Positions 9,489 through 20,273 of a stretch of 64,000 bases of DNA are shown here, in pieces. Below the pieces are notes generated by a model, which saw only the letters and a program-made list of their open reading frames with translations, had not been told where the DNA came from and made no database searches. The DNA lies in NCBI GenBank assembly GCA_039030515.1, contig JBCCEA010000010.1:32001-96000 (forward strand). The letters run 5' to 3'. The first letter of the stretch is position 1. Each line of letters opens with the position of its first letter. This DNA comes from Myxococcota bacterium. GTDB taxonomy: Bacteria > Myxococcota_A > Polyangia > Polyangiales > Houyiibacteriaceae. The position numbers and the translations under genes were made by a program.

Positions 9489-10805
9489 TTAGCCGGAACT
9501 TCCTGCTGAGCTCAAGAAAAGCATCACATCGTGGGATGTGGTGGGTCCGGAGTCGAACTGCTTTGTGTTCATCTCGCCTGTCGGCTGCACCTCGACTCTT
9601 CCCTCGACTCCTTCGACTTTTTGGATGATGGCGTCGTAGGACCATGCTCGTGCGTAGGCTCGGGCCTCGTCCGGAGACAGCCTCGGCAGTTCGGACACGG
9701 TGGCTCCCAGTGAACGCAGCTCCATGGTTGTCGATGCAAGCGCTGGATCGACGGTCAAAAGCCGAACTGGACGAGCCCATCGCTCTGAATCGGCGGTTTC
9801 AAGCGCCCAGGTGAGATTGTCCAGATCGAGGCCGCAACCTGTGGCTGGCTGAGGAAAGCCGAAGCGCGAGAGGAGATCGTCGTAGCGACCTCCGGCTCCG
9901 ATAGCTTCTCCAGGTCCCGCGGCCAGTACGACAAAACTCGCCCCGGTGTAGTAGCTCTGTCCCGCGGTCTCTCCGAGGTCGATTCCGATTCGGTCTGGAG
10001 TGATCACGTCCTGCAGACGATCGCAAAGTTCTTTGAGCGTCCAGACCGCGGATTGCATTTCAGCATTGCCGCTCATCTGTTGTGCGCGCTCTAGAACATC
10101 TAGATCGCCGTGGAGTGCCGTGAGATCGATGACTGCCCTTCGTTCTTCCGAAGAAACGCCTGCCGCTTTGAGTAGAGATTCGAGTCGCTCAGCGTCCTTG
10201 AGTGCAAGCGCTGCTATGGCTTCGTGACGAATGGGTTTTGGAACGTGTTGAATTGCGCTCTTGCCTACACCGACGTGTCGCAACTCGATACGAAAGCCGT
10301 TGAGTCCCACCGCGTTGCAGGCTTCGATGGCCCGGGTCACCACTTCGGCGTCGGCCGATACGTCCGAATCGCCCACGTACTCGATGCCTACTTGGGCGAT
10401 CTGCCGATGCCTGCGCGCACGTCCCCGACGCTGTCGAACCACTGTTCCTCGGTAGCTTAGACGCCAGGGGGCCGGTCGGTCACGGAGTCGCGTTGCAATG
10501 ATGCGTGCGATCTGTGGTGTGATATCCGGCCTGAGAACGGCGACCTCACCGCTATAGGGTTCCACAAAGCGCAGTAGATCTCTTCGCACCGCTTCTTTGA
10601 GACCTGGATCGATCACCTCTGCATGTTCAAAGGGGGGCGTGGTGACGAGATCGTAACCCCGGGCGGTAAAAGTTCGAATCACGCGCCCAGACACCGCCTC
10701 ACGTTGTGCCGAGTCGGGGGGGAGCAAATCTCTCATCCCTACTGGGGGAGCAAGAGGAAGGTTGCCGCTGTTTTGGTCCCTGGTCGTCTCTCTCGCTACG
10801 CTCAC
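9489..10805 (-). CDS. hisZ: ATP phosphoribosyltransferase regulatory subunit (HisRS paralog)
   Basis: GMRDLLP, LRPDITPQIAR, QVGIE, YYTG, GGRYDDL; classic position upstream of purA. Confidence 0.9.
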   Translation of the reverse strand: MSVARETTRDQNSGNLPLAPPVGMRDLLPPDSAQREAVSGRVIRTFTARGYDLVTTPPFEHAEVIDPGLKEAVRRDLLRFVEPYSGEVAVLRPDITPQIARIIATRLRDRPAPWRLSYRGTVVRQRRGRARRHRQIAQVGIEYVGDSDVSADAEVVTRAIEACNAVGLNGFRIELRHVGVGKSAIQHVPKPIRHEAIAALALKDAERLESLLKAAGVSSEERRAVIDLTALHGDLDVLERAQQMSGNAEMQSAVWTLKELCDRLQDVITPDRIGIDLGETAGQSYYTGASFVVLAAGPGEAIGAGGRYDDLLSRFGFPQPATGCGLDLDNLTWALETADSERWARPVRLLTVDPALASTTMELRSLGATVSELPRLSPDEARAYARAWSYDAIIQKVEGVEGRVEVQPTGEMNTKQFDSGPTTSHDVMLFLSSAGSSG

Positions 10806-10833
10806 CGGGGTGTCTCCGCGCGTTTTATCGCTC

Positions 10834-10867
10834 TGTGGCTGTTGATGAGGTGTGGCTGTTGATGAGG
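10834..10867. repeat. 2x17-bp perfect tandem duplication plus degenerate third copy
   Basis: TGTGGCTGTTGATGAGG x2, then TGGCTGCTGGTGA, in the serA-hisZ spacer. Confidence 0.85.
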
Positions 10868-10895
10868 TGGCTGCTGGTGAAAAGAGGGGAGCGCT

Positions 10896-12485
10896 CTAGA
10901 GTGATACCGAAACCACGGCCCGTACGTTTTCCAGGCTTCTCAACTCGCTCAGGATGCCCTCTGGAACGCTCGCGTCAAGATTCCAAATGGCGAGCGCCTC
11001 TTCCTGCGCCTCGTTCAGGCTGACTTGGACGCGAGATACATTGATCGACTGAGCACCGAGCAGGCTTCCTACGGCACCCACGACGCCGGGGCGATCGCGA
11101 TTACGCATGATCAGCATCGTTCCCTCGAGCACGGTGTCGACTTCATAGCCCTCAAGACCCACCAATCGTGTTTCGCCCCTGGTGCCTAAAGTCACGGTTG
11201 CGGTATGAATACCCGCTTTGCTCGTGAGGCTGGTACGTACGGCGGTGGCGTAGCGCTGGGCTTTTTCTTCGATTTCGACGACCGCGATTCCTCGATCCTT
11301 AGCCTCAAACGGAGCACTTATCGGGTTTACTGCATCCTTAGATCGCACTTCGAGGTAGCCAGCAACCACAGCGTTGGTGATAGGTTTGATTCCCAGTTGA
11401 GCCGCTTCCCCAGTGCACATGACCCGGATCTCATTGGTTTCCTCGAGATCTAGCTGGCCAACCAACAGACCTAGGGTTCGGCATGCCCGCAGATAGGGCA
11501 TGAGTTTCTCGCTGGTGTTTCGGTCGATCGAGTGTGCGTTCACCCCGTTCCGAATGGTTCCTTCTAAAAGGTAGTCTGCTACCTGGTGACCGATCTCAAC
11601 TGCGACGCGCTCTTGGGCCTCGACGGTTGAGGCTCCGAGGTGAGGTGTGAGCACCACATCGGGCCGGCCCAACAGAGGATTCTCATGTGGTAGCGGTTCT
11701 GTTTCGAACACGTCTAGGGCCGCCCCCGCCAGCTTCTTTGAATCGAGTGCGCGAGCGAGTGCGTATTCGTCGACGATTCCGCCGCGTGCTGCGTTGACCA
11801 AGAGCAGGTCTTTTTTGACCTTCTCGAATGCAGCGTCGTCGAAGAGGTTTCGGGTTTCCTCGACCAGAGGTGCATGTATTGTGATGAAATCCGATCGCCG
11901 CAGCAGCTGCTCCATGGTGACCAGTTCGATGCTGAGCTCCCGTGCGACGTCCGTTTGAATCGCTGGGTCGCAAGCGATGACCTGCATACGAAGCCCGCGA
12001 GCTCGATCGGCTACAATCTTACCGATGGTTCCGAGGCCGACAATGCCGAGGGTCTTGTGTTCGAGTTCACGGCCTTTGAATCGGTTCTTTTCCCACTTTC
12101 CTAAGTGGGTCAAACCAGAAGCCTGAGGGATCCGCCGAGCTAGAGACATAAGCAGAGACAAAGCGTGCTCCGCAGTTGTCACCGCGTTACCGGTAGGCGT
12201 ATTCATCACCACGATGCCTCGTTTGCTGGCAGCGTGCAGATCGACGTTGTCTACCCCGATGCCCGCACGCCCAACAACCCGAAGCGACACTGCTTTCGCG
12301 ATCACGTCAGCCGTCACCTTTGTCCCGCTGCGGATGACGAGTCCTTCGTAATCACCGATCGTCTGCAAGAGCTCCTGAGGTGACAGCTCGGGTAGGTAGT
12401 CGACTTGGATTTCCGCGTGATCCCGAAGCGCTGCCAAGCCGCTTTGGCTAAGTTTGTCCGATACCAGCACTCGTGTTGCGGCCAT
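10896..12485 (-). CDS. serA: D-3-phosphoglycerate dehydrogenase (long type with ASB and ACT domains)
   Basis: [32 protein letters not shown]-terminal [12 protein letters not shown] domain. Confidence 0.96.
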   Translation of the reverse strand: MAATRVLVSDKLSQSGLAALRDHAEIQVDYLPELSPQELLQTIGDYEGLVIRSGTKVTADVIAKAVSLRVVGRAGIGVDNVDLHAASKRGIVVMNTPTGNAVTTAEHALSLLMSLARRIPQASGLTHLGKWEKNRFKGRELEHKTLGIVGLGTIGKIVADRARGLRMQVIACDPAIQTDVARELSIELVTMEQLLRRSDFITIHAPLVEETRNLFDDAAFEKVKKDLLLVNAARGGIVDEYALARALDSKKLAGAALDVFETEPLPHENPLLGRPDVVLTPHLGASTVEAQERVAVEIGHQVADYLLEGTIRNGVNAHSIDRNTSEKLMPYLRACRTLGLLVGQLDLEETNEIRVMCTGEAAQLGIKPITNAVVAGYLEVRSKDAVNPISAPFEAKDRGIAVVEIEEKAQRYATAVRTSLTSKAGIHTATVTLGTRGETRLVGLEGYEVDTVLEGTMLIMRNRDRPGVVGAVGSLLGAQSINVSRVQVSLNEAQEEALAIWNLDASVPEGILSELRSLENVRAVVSVSL

Positions 12486-12873
12486 GACGACTCCCTACTG
12501 ATCCCTATGTCCCGAGAGGCGGCTCAGCTAGCAGCCGACTCTCGGAGGGTCAAGAGACACAAACCGTATGACGCCCGAGCAGCATGGTCTCCAAGTGCGC
12601 ATCGGCGTCCTCAATGCAAATTGGATCTCTTGAGATCTGGGGAGGCACAATCCTACTTGGCGTAAAAGCCTTGTTTTCTGGTATGCGGCTGGTTCATGCG
12701 GGAAGCGAATCGCTTGACGAGTGGAGGCCCAAGTCGTAGACGGCGCGCTCAAACGCCAGCCCGCGCACAGATGCATCATCAACACAGCCTGAACGGCTCT
12801 ATCTATCCTGCGCACGAACTTACTCGAAGCCTCGGTAACTAGGCCGGGCAAATCTTTTGAACAGCCATGTCTC

Positions 12874-13473
12874 TTGACCAGCTATCTACTAGACCCTAGC
12901 CCCAGCCCCATGCCGACCCACCATTGCAAGAATTCGAGGTGCACTGGACGATATGGTCTGGCAGCACTCGGCCTCGCAATCCCGAGTGCCTACGGGCTAT
13001 ACGGCCTTCTCGGCATACTGTGGTGTGACGCAGAGTTGGCAGGATCAGAGTCCGATGCGGAACTTCGGGGTCTTCTCGGAGTTCGACTCGGTATGACCCC
13101 GCTTGAGGTTCGCCAAAACTTTCATCAATCCTCGTCGGGGAGCTCCGTCGCTTCCTCAACAGAGCAGGGTCAACTGGTAGTCGATTGGGAGGCAAACGCA
13201 GAGGCCGCATGGCACTCGAGCCCAAACCTCGAAAGCCCTATCCGCGTCACCTTTGAGTTTCACAACGCCATCTTGGTTGCTATCCGCGCTGATTTCGTAG
13301 CACCAAGCGATGCGAAATCGTCAATCGATACGAAGCTATCTGTATCCCCCTCGGCAGTTCGATCGATAATTTCTGAGAAAGGGCGGTCCAAAGTGGTACT
13401 TATCGCTCGCGACTGCCCAACCCACGCGGACGAGGTTCAGTACATTCTCCTTTCGAACAAACAAGTTCATTAG
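12874..13473 (+). CDS. Hypothetical exported protein
   Basis: 199-aa ORF with hydrophobic N-terminal segment and GVRLGMT..EV motif; start uncertain. Confidence 0.5.
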   Translation: MTSYLLDPSPSPMPTHHCKNSRCTGRYGLAALGLAIPSAYGLYGLLGILWCDAELAGSESDAELRGLLGVRLGMTPLEVRQNFHQSSSGSSVASSTEQGQLVVDWEANAEAAWHSSPNLESPIRVTFEFHNAILVAIRADFVAPSDAKSSIDTKLSVSPSAVRSIISEKGRSKVVLIARDCPTHADEVQYILLSNKQVH

Positions 13474-13553
13474 TATGCCCCGGACCGGAATACGCCGGTT
13501 CGGAAACCAGGGCTGATGACCTCGAGCCAGTCGAGGCAACAGCGAGAGACGCA

Positions 13554-14177
13554 ATGCAGATCTTCCCGCGCCAGCTGAATCTATTACCCGTCGTCCTCGG
13601 CGTGCTCTCTTCGGGAGCAGGCGTGGCCGTAGTTTTTGGATTTTGGTACTACGCTTCCCCAAAGAATCTTCAGGTGGGCTACGCTCCTGAGCAGCCCGTT
13701 CCCTACAGTCACCGTTTGCACGCAGGTGAACTCGGGATCGATTGTCGCTACTGCCACTCGAGCGTGGAACAATCCCACGAGGCGAATGTTCCGCCCACGC
13801 AGACCTGCATGGGGTGTCACAACGTGGTTCACGCGGAGTCTGCGCTGCTCGAGCCTGTTCGCCAGAGCTTCGATTCGGGTGACCCTGTTGAATGGGTCCG
13901 CGTTCACAAGATTCCTGATCACGCGTACTTCAATCATAGTGCGCACGTAGCGGTCGGAGTCGGCTGCGTTTCCTGTCACGGAAGAGTGGATCAGATGGAG
14001 GTCGTCAGGGTTTCGGAGCCGCTCGGCATGGGTTGGTGTCTCGAATGTCACCGAAACCCCGAGCCCAATCTTCGCCCTCTAGACCAGGTAACCAATATGG
14101 AGTGGACGCCCGATGAACATTACGTCGCGTCCATCGAGGTCAACCCCCCTCAGCATTGCTCGGGATGCCACCGATGA
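13554..14177 (+). CDS. actA: Alternative complex III pentaheme cytochrome c
   Basis: N-terminal TM helix, QPVPYSHRLH, five CxxCH motifs (CRYCH, CMGCH, CVSCH, CLECH, CSGCH). Confidence 0.93.
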   Translation: MQIFPRQLNLLPVVLGVLSSGAGVAVVFGFWYYASPKNLQVGYAPEQPVPYSHRLHAGELGIDCRYCHSSVEQSHEANVPPTQTCMGCHNVVHAESALLEPVRQSFDSGDPVEWVRVHKIPDHAYFNHSAHVAVGVGCVSCHGRVDQMEVVRVSEPLGMGWCLECHRNPEPNLRPLDQVTNMEWTPDEHYVASIEVNPPQHCSGCHR

Positions 14178-17100
14178 GTTCTGACATGAAGCCGAAAAGC
14201 GCTAGCGAGTTGCGAGTTGAGTCGTCGGTTGCGCAACGAAATAAGTTGCCGATGCTCTGGAGTTCGCTCGATGAAAAACGTCTGGTGGACTCTGACGAGG
14301 CGAATCGGAACGACGCTTCCTTCGGTGATACCACCATCGAACCTTATACAAAGCGAAGTAGTTCTAGATCCCATACGGGCGAGCGCTCGCTCGCGACCGA
14401 GGAGGGCGCTCCCGCCGGTTTCGTAAACGCTTCGATGCTGGTCAAACGTCGGAGTTTTTTGCAGGCCACGGGTCTTACCGCAGCTGCGGGGGCAGCGGGG
14501 TGTATTCGACGACCCAAAGAAAAAATCCTGCCTTACTCCGTTCAGCCTGAATACGTGGTCCCCGGTGTTCCAATGCACTACGCCACTGCTGTGGCCTCGG
14601 GATCCGGCGTGCTTGGTTTGCTGGTGACGACTCACGAGGGCCGCCCAACGAAAGTAGACGGCAACCCAAATCATCCGATGAGTCTCGGAGCCACAGGGCT
14701 TTTCGAGCAGTCCTCCATTCTCGATCTGTATGATTCGGATCGATCCCAAAAAGCGGCCAAGAAGACCGATGTTTCGATGGCCGACTGTGAGGCTGCTGAA
14801 GTTGAAGCCTATATACGATCGGTATCTGCCTCAGCGTTGCGCGATCGTGGACGTGGCCTCCGGGTGCTCAGTGGTACTAGTTTGTCTCCGTCGTACTGGA
14901 GACTTCGAGAGGCACTGCTGCAGCGCTTTCCGGAGATGAAATTTTATCAGTATGATGCGGTCTCCGATTGGAATGTGATCGAAGGCGCTGAAGTCGCCTT
15001 TGGCAGCCGTTTGCGGCCCGTCTACAATCTCAATCCGGCGAAGGTGATCCTATCGCTCGACGCAGACTTCCTCGGTGAGGAGACTTCATCGGTCCGAAAC
15101 TCCCGAGCCTTTTCCCAGGGTCGACACGTGCGCTCAACGCGCGACACGATGAACCGCTTGTATGTAGTCGAGCCAACCCTGTCGGTGACAGGGATGAAGG
15201 CGGATCATCGTCTCAGAGCCGCAGCGCGGGATGTCGAGCGCTTGCTCGTCGCCTTGGTGAAAGAGCTTGCCGAGCGTCACGGCCTCTCGTTGCGTGAGCC
15301 CTTAGCCCGGGCGATCAGTCGCGTCTCGTCAGAAGGATTTGATGCATCCTGGCTGCGCGTACTCGCTCAAGATCTCGCTCAAAATCGAGGTTCGTGTCCG
15401 ATCCTCGTCGGCCACAGGCAGCCGGCGCGAGTACATGCGTTGGCACATTTTCTTAATGCCTCCTTGGGCAATCAAGGCCGCACGGTCGGATTTGCTCCGG
15501 TTCTAGGTTCAGATAAGTGGTCCGATCCGGCGCAAAGTATTGCCGAGTTTACTGCCGATCTGCGAAGCGGTGTCGTGCGTGATGTGCTTCTGCTCGGAGG
15601 CAATCCCGCATACGACGCTCCTTGCGATGCCGAGGTGTCTGCCGCTTTGGCTCAGCAGAACGTGAACGTGTTGCATCTTTCGACGCATCGGAACGAGACC
15701 ACGAGCTTCGCTGACTGGCATCTTCCTCAAGCTCATTTTTTGGAAACGTGGGGTGATCTTCAGGCAGAAGACGGAACTCGAACCGTCCAACAACCGCTTA
15801 TCGATCCGCTCTTCGGAGGGCTTAGTGAGATCGAGGTGCTCGCACAGCTCCTCGGAGAAGAGCCTTGGAGCGGCCACGAGGTGGTCCGACGCACCTTCCA
15901 GCTCGACGCGAATTCTGAGGTGGAGGAGTCACGGTGGCGGCGAGCGCTGCATGGCGGGGTTGTTCCCGGCAGTCGTCAGCCGTTACGCCGAGCGATGGGG
16001 CTTCAAATCGCATCGATTGCGGATTCGTTGACGGCAGGAAGAGGGGAGCGAAGAGCCCTGGGTAGAGAGAATTTCGAGGTTCTATTCTCTGCCGATCCGA
16101 AACTGCTCGATGGGCGCTTTGCGAACAATGTGTGGCTTCAGGAGCTTCCCGACCCGATCACAAAGCTGGTTTGGGACAACGCCGCACTGATTTCTCCTGC
16201 AGCTGCCCGAGAACTTGGACTGTCCAATGGAGATCAAATTTCCCTGTCGTGCGATGGCGCAGAGGGTATAGAGCTTCCAATCTTCATCCAGCCAGGTCAG
16301 GCAGAGTGGACCTTAACCTTGCGTCTCGGATGGGGCCGTACTGCCGCTGGCGTCTACGGCACAAACGTGGGTTTTGACGTGAATCCCTTGCGAACGCTGG
16401 CGGGGTTTGAGTTTGGGGACGGGGTTCGCGTCACGACCACGAGCGCGCACCACGATTTGGTCCAGACGCAGGTGACTCAGACGATGGCGGGTCGGCCGGT
16501 AGTCATCGACGCAACCTTGGATGCAGTGGATGCCCCCAAGGGACACGCGCTGCATGGACTGCCCGTATACAAGGAAACCCCGGACTTCGCCCAGTATCGA
16601 GCTGTCGAGTTTACGCCCAAACCTCTATGGAATGAGGTCGACTACAGCAAAGGATACAAGTGGGGCATGACGGTCGACCTCACTTCATGCAGCGGTTGCA
16701 ATGCGTGTGTCATCGCGTGTCAGGCTGAAAACAATATTCCCTGTGTTGGCAAGAGGGAGGTCGCGCGGGGCCGCGAGATGCACTGGCTCCGCATCGACCG
16801 TTACTACGTGGGCACAGACGAAGACGATCCCGTCGTCGCGCTGCAGCCGGTTGGCTGTCAGCACTGCGAGGAAGCGCCTTGCGAAAATGTATGCCCTGTG
16901 AATGCCACTGTGCACAGTCCCGAGGGACTCAATGACATGGCGTACAATCGCTGCGTCGGTACTCGATACTGCGCCAACAACTGCCCCTATAAAGTACGGC
17001 GATTTAACTATCTCGACTGGCACGATTCAGAAGATCTTCATGGTGAACTTCCTGAACTGCGAAAGATGCAGTTCAATCCAAATGTCACCGTCCGTATGCG

Positions 17101-17410
17101 CGGGGTTATCGAGAAATGCAGTTACTGCGTGCAGCGAATCGAAGAAGCGCGTATCGCTGCGCGTCGTGAGAAAAGATCCATTCGTGATGGCGATGTGACC
17201 CCTGCGTGCGCGCAAACATGCCCTTCGCAGAGCATTGTATTCGGCGACCTGAACGATCCCGGTAGCCGAGTTTCTAAGCTGGCATCTTTGGACCGCCAAT
17301 ATCGCCTGTTGGCGGAAGTGGGTGCTCAGCCGAGAACCCGATACTTGGGACAAATACGGAATCCAAACCCTGCCATGTTCGTGCATGTCGAGCAGGAGGC
17401 TGAAGGATGA
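14174..17410 (+). CDS. actB: Alternative complex III ActB (molybdopterin-oxidoreductase-like domain + Fe-S domain)
   Basis: ATGA overlap with actA; KRRSFLQ twin-arginine then AAGC lipobox; [14 protein letters not shown]-terminal [27 protein letters not shown] cluster motifs. Confidence 0.93.
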   Translation: MSSDMKPKSASELRVESSVAQRNKLPMLWSSLDEKRLVDSDEANRNDASFGDTTIEPYTKRSSSRSHTGERSLATEEGAPAGFVNASMLVKRRSFLQATGLTAAAGAAGCIRRPKEKILPYSVQPEYVVPGVPMHYATAVASGSGVLGLLVTTHEGRPTKVDGNPNHPMSLGATGLFEQSSILDLYDSDRSQKAAKKTDVSMADCEAAEVEAYIRSVSASALRDRGRGLRVLSGTSLSPSYWRLREALLQRFPEMKFYQYDAVSDWNVIEGAEVAFGSRLRPVYNLNPAKVILSLDADFLGEETSSVRNSRAFSQGRHVRSTRDTMNRLYVVEPTLSVTGMKADHRLRAAARDVERLLVALVKELAERHGLSLREPLARAISRVSSEGFDASWLRVLAQDLAQNRGSCPILVGHRQPARVHALAHFLNASLGNQGRTVGFAPVLGSDKWSDPAQSIAEFTADLRSGVVRDVLLLGGNPAYDAPCDAEVSAALAQQNVNVLHLSTHRNETTSFADWHLPQAHFLETWGDLQAEDGTRTVQQPLIDPLFGGLSEIEVLAQLLGEEPWSGHEVVRRTFQLDANSEVEESRWRRALHGGVVPGSRQPLRRAMGLQIASIADSLTAGRGERRALGRENFEVLFSADPKLLDGRFANNVWLQELPDPITKLVWDNAALISPAAARELGLSNGDQISLSCDGAEGIELPIFIQPGQAEWTLTLRLGWGRTAAGVYGTNVGFDVNPLRTLAGFEFGDGVRVTTTSAHHDLVQTQVTQTMAGRPVVIDATLDAVDAPKGHALHGLPVYKETPDFAQYRAVEFTPKPLWNEVDYSKGYKWGMTVDLTSCSGCNACVIACQAENNIPCVGKREVARGREMHWLRIDRYYVGTDEDDPVVALQPVGCQHCEEAPCENVCPVNATVHSPEGLNDMAYNRCVGTRYCANNCPYKVRRFNYLDWHDSEDLHGELPELRKMQFNPNVTVRMRGVIEKCSYCVQRIEEARIAARREKRSIRDGDVTPACAQTCPSQSIVFGDLNDPGSRVSKLASLDRQYRLLAEVGAQPRTRYLGQIRNPNPAMFVHVEQEAEG

Positions 17411-18828
17411 CTACCAGCAATCTAATCTATGAAATCGGCGAGCGCCCTCTGCTCCCTGAGGGCACAAAGCTCAATGACATCACGGAAACCGTTGCGAGAG
17501 TGACGGAGACCAAGGCACCACGTGGTTGGTGGCTGCTGTTTATTCCTTCACTCTTTTTGGTTGGGGTGTTGTTTGCATCCATCGGCTATCTGGTGACCGA
17601 GGGCGTAGGTGTTTGGGGCAACAATGCTCCTGCCTACTGGGCCTGGGACATCACCAACTTCGTCTGGTGGATCGGGATTGGTCACGCCGGAACCCTGATC
17701 AGCGCCATTCTCTACCTCTTTAGGCAAAAGTGGAGAACCAGTATCAATCGTTTTGCCGAAGCGATGACGATCTTCGCGGTCATGTGTGCTGGCTTGTATC
17801 CGGCACTTCACACCGGCCGTCCCTGGTTTGACTACTATCTGTTCCCCATACCCAATCAGATGCTGATGTGGCCCAACTTTAAGAGTCCCCTTATGTGGGA
17901 CGTCTTTGCAGTCAGCACCTATTTTATCATCTCGCTGCTCTTTTGGTTTGTCGGCCTTATTCCCGATTTCGCTACGCTGCGCGACAGAAGCAAAACCCCA
18001 ATACGACGTCTGGCGTATGGGTTCTTCGCGCTGGGTTGGCGAGGGAGCCACCGGCACTGGCAGCATTACGAGCGGGCATATCTCATTTTGGCAGGTATCT
18101 CGACACCTCTCGTGCTCTCTGTGCACTCGGTCGTCTCGTTCGACTTTGCAACCTCTGTGCTCCCTGGTTGGCACACGACAATATTTCCTCCCTACTTCGT
18201 CGCGGGAGCGGTGTTTAGCGGTTTTGCTCTGGTGATGACCCTGCTTTTGATCTGCCGAGCAGTGTTTCAAATGCATTCTATTGTCACCCTGAAGCATCTG
18301 GACTTCATGAGTAAGTTCATGCTCGCGACGGCCTGTATGGTCGGATACGCCTACGCGATGGAATTCTTTATCGCTTGGTACTCGGGCAACGACTACGAGC
18401 TGTTTGCGTTTCTAAATCGTGCAACCGGTCCCTATTGGTGGGCCTATTGGAGCATGATCACCTGCAACGTTTTGGTGCCACAGATATTTTGGTTTAGAAA
18501 AATGCGTTCCAACATCCCGGTGATGTTTGTGGCGACGATATTCATCAATATCGGCATGTGGTTCGAACGCTTCGTGATTATCGTCACTTCGCTCCACCGT
18601 GACTATCTACCGAGCTCTTGGGGTATGTTCACTCCCACTCCGGTTGATATCTCTCTCTACCTCGGCACTTTCGGTCTTTTCATGACCCTCTTTCTACTCT
18701 TCATAAGGTGGATTCCCATGATCGCCATAGCCGAAGTGAAGGCAGCGCTTCCTGACGCGCATCCACATCACTCTGGTGGCGAACACGAACATGGCGCTCT
18801 TATCGCTGCACCTGTCCCTGCCGAGTAA
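17407..18828 (+). CDS. actC: Alternative complex III ActC (NrfD-type quinol-binding subunit)
   Basis: [47 protein letters not shown]. Confidence 0.95.
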   Translation: MTTSNLIYEIGERPLLPEGTKLNDITETVARVTETKAPRGWWLLFIPSLFLVGVLFASIGYLVTEGVGVWGNNAPAYWAWDITNFVWWIGIGHAGTLISAILYLFRQKWRTSINRFAEAMTIFAVMCAGLYPALHTGRPWFDYYLFPIPNQMLMWPNFKSPLMWDVFAVSTYFIISLLFWFVGLIPDFATLRDRSKTPIRRLAYGFFALGWRGSHRHWQHYERAYLILAGISTPLVLSVHSVVSFDFATSVLPGWHTTIFPPYFVAGAVFSGFALVMTLLLICRAVFQMHSIVTLKHLDFMSKFMLATACMVGYAYAMEFFIAWYSGNDYELFAFLNRATGPYWWAYWSMITCNVLVPQIFWFRKMRSNIPVMFVATIFINIGMWFERFVIIVTSLHRDYLPSSWGMFTPTPVDISLYLGTFGLFMTLFLLFIRWIPMIAIAEVKAALPDAHPHHSGGEHEHGALIAAPVPAE

Positions 18829-18858
18829 GTCGAAATTAATGACAAGGAAATATGGGCA

Positions 18859-19617
18859 ATGAGCTCGGACGACGAGAAAAACACAGCTAAAGGAGAAGGC
18901 AACCTCGACGGAGAATCGGTCAATGATCTCTCTACCGTGTCTTCAAGTTCCGAAGCAGGTCCGGAGCGCGCCGACCAAGCGGACCATCAAGAAGCTCAAC
19001 CCTCCGCGTTCGACTCCGCCGAGAACATGGTGCGAGACGACGACGCTTCTACAGAGTCGGTGCAGCGTCGCCCGTCACTCTGTCGCCCAGCACTCTGGCT
19101 CGCAGAATACGAGAGTCCGGAAGCGCTCATGCATGCTGCAGAATCCGTTCGGGATGCAGGCTACGAAAAGTGGGATTGCCATACGCCTTACCCCGTCCAT
19201 GGCATGGATGAGGCGATGGGTCTGAGGCCAACGAAGATCGGGGTGATTTCCTTTTTGGCCTCGATGCTTGGAGTGGGAAGCGCCGTCTTGATGATGTACT
19301 GGATGAATGCGGTGGACTATCCGATCATCGTCGGCGGCAAGGAACCTGGAGCGTTGCCGTCGATGGGTCCGATCGTGTTCGAGCTTGGTATCTTATTTAC
19401 GGGTCTTGCAACCGTATTTGGCTTGTTTCACATATGCCGCCTACCTCGGCATCATCATCCGGTTTTTTACTCAGACCGCTTTGCCTCCGCCTCTGACGAC
19501 CGTTTTTTCATTTCCATTGAAGCCGCGGACAAGCAGTTCGATGTAGTAAAAACACGCTCGCTCCTCGAAGGCACAAGACCCAGTTTTGTCGAGCTGGTTG
19601 AGGAGGAAGTGCTTTGA
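18859..19617 (+). CDS. actD: Alternative complex III ActD (DUF3341)
   Basis: TPYPVHGMDEAMG, IIVGGK, FELGIL, ASDDRFFI; acidic N-terminal extension. Confidence 0.9.
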   Translation: MSSDDEKNTAKGEGNLDGESVNDLSTVSSSSEAGPERADQADHQEAQPSAFDSAENMVRDDDASTESVQRRPSLCRPALWLAEYESPEALMHAAESVRDAGYEKWDCHTPYPVHGMDEAMGLRPTKIGVISFLASMLGVGSAVLMMYWMNAVDYPIIVGGKEPGALPSMGPIVFELGILFTGLATVFGLFHICRLPRHHHPVFYSDRFASASDDRFFISIEAADKQFDVVKTRSLLEGTRPSFVELVEEEVL

Positions 19618-20273
19618 CCCAGCGCGTGTATGTCTTGGTCGTTCTTGGTTCACTGGTCGCGCTTGGTTGTCGAGGCCAGATGACAGAACAAGAACCTGTC
19701 GTGCCCATCCGCAATATGCACGATCAGCCACGTTATGATCCGCAGGAAGAAAGCGCGTTCTTTAAGGATGGACGAACGATGCGCTCACCTCCCGAGGGTA
19801 CGGTGGCCGTAGAAATGGAAGTTGACCTCAGCGTGCAAACAGGGCGCACTCCTGAGGATGATGGCTGGTTGCTCTACGTGCCCCGCTCGGTGATGCCGTC
19901 CGGCCAATCTGGACGAACAGCATTCTTGGAACGAGGTCAGGAACGCTACAACATATCTTGCGCCCCCTGTCACGGCGCTTCAGGACATGGCGACGGAATG
20001 GTTGCCCGTCGCGCAGTTCAGCTTGGGGCAGCAGCACTGAGCCCACCCACGCTTCACGACGAACGCATTCGAACGATGCCGGATGGGCAGCTCTTTGCGA
20101 CGATCAGCAATGGAATCCGAAAGATGCCCGCCTACCGACACGCGATAAGCGTGCGCGACCGATGGGCCATAGCGAGTTATGTACGCGCCTTGCAGTTGAG
20201 TCAGGCTTCGAGGGCCACGGCGCGCCTTGCAAGACCACCCAGGGAAACAGACGCTCGAGAGGTAGTTCAATGA
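19614..20273 (+). CDS. actE: Alternative complex III ActE monoheme cytochrome c lipoprotein
   Basis: ALGC lipobox, MHDQPRY, CAPCH, distal Met in KMPAY, DRWAI. Confidence 0.9.
   Translation: MTQRVYVLVVLGSLVALGCRGQMTEQEPVVPIRNMHDQPRYDPQEESAFFKDGRTMRSPPEGTVAVEMEVDLSVQTGRTPEDDGWLLYVPRSVMPSGQSGRTAFLERGQERYNISCAPCHGASGHGDGMVARRAVQLGAAALSPPTLHDERIRTMPDGQLFATISNGIRKMPAYRHAISVRDRWAIASYVRALQLSQASRATARLARPPRETDAREVVQ

Noticed and set aside
9409..9780. 124-aa N-terminal extension of the purA ORF
   Set aside because: Overlaps hisZ in another frame; canonical PurA start with RBS is at 9408.
12768..12778. CAGATGCATCA identical to 42130-42140, suggesting a shared operator
   Set aside because: A single 11-bp match without the flanking dyad; compatible with chance.
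19958..20269. N-terminal extension of the actF ORF
   Set aside because: Overlaps actE; the ATGA-coupled start at 20270 is more plausible.
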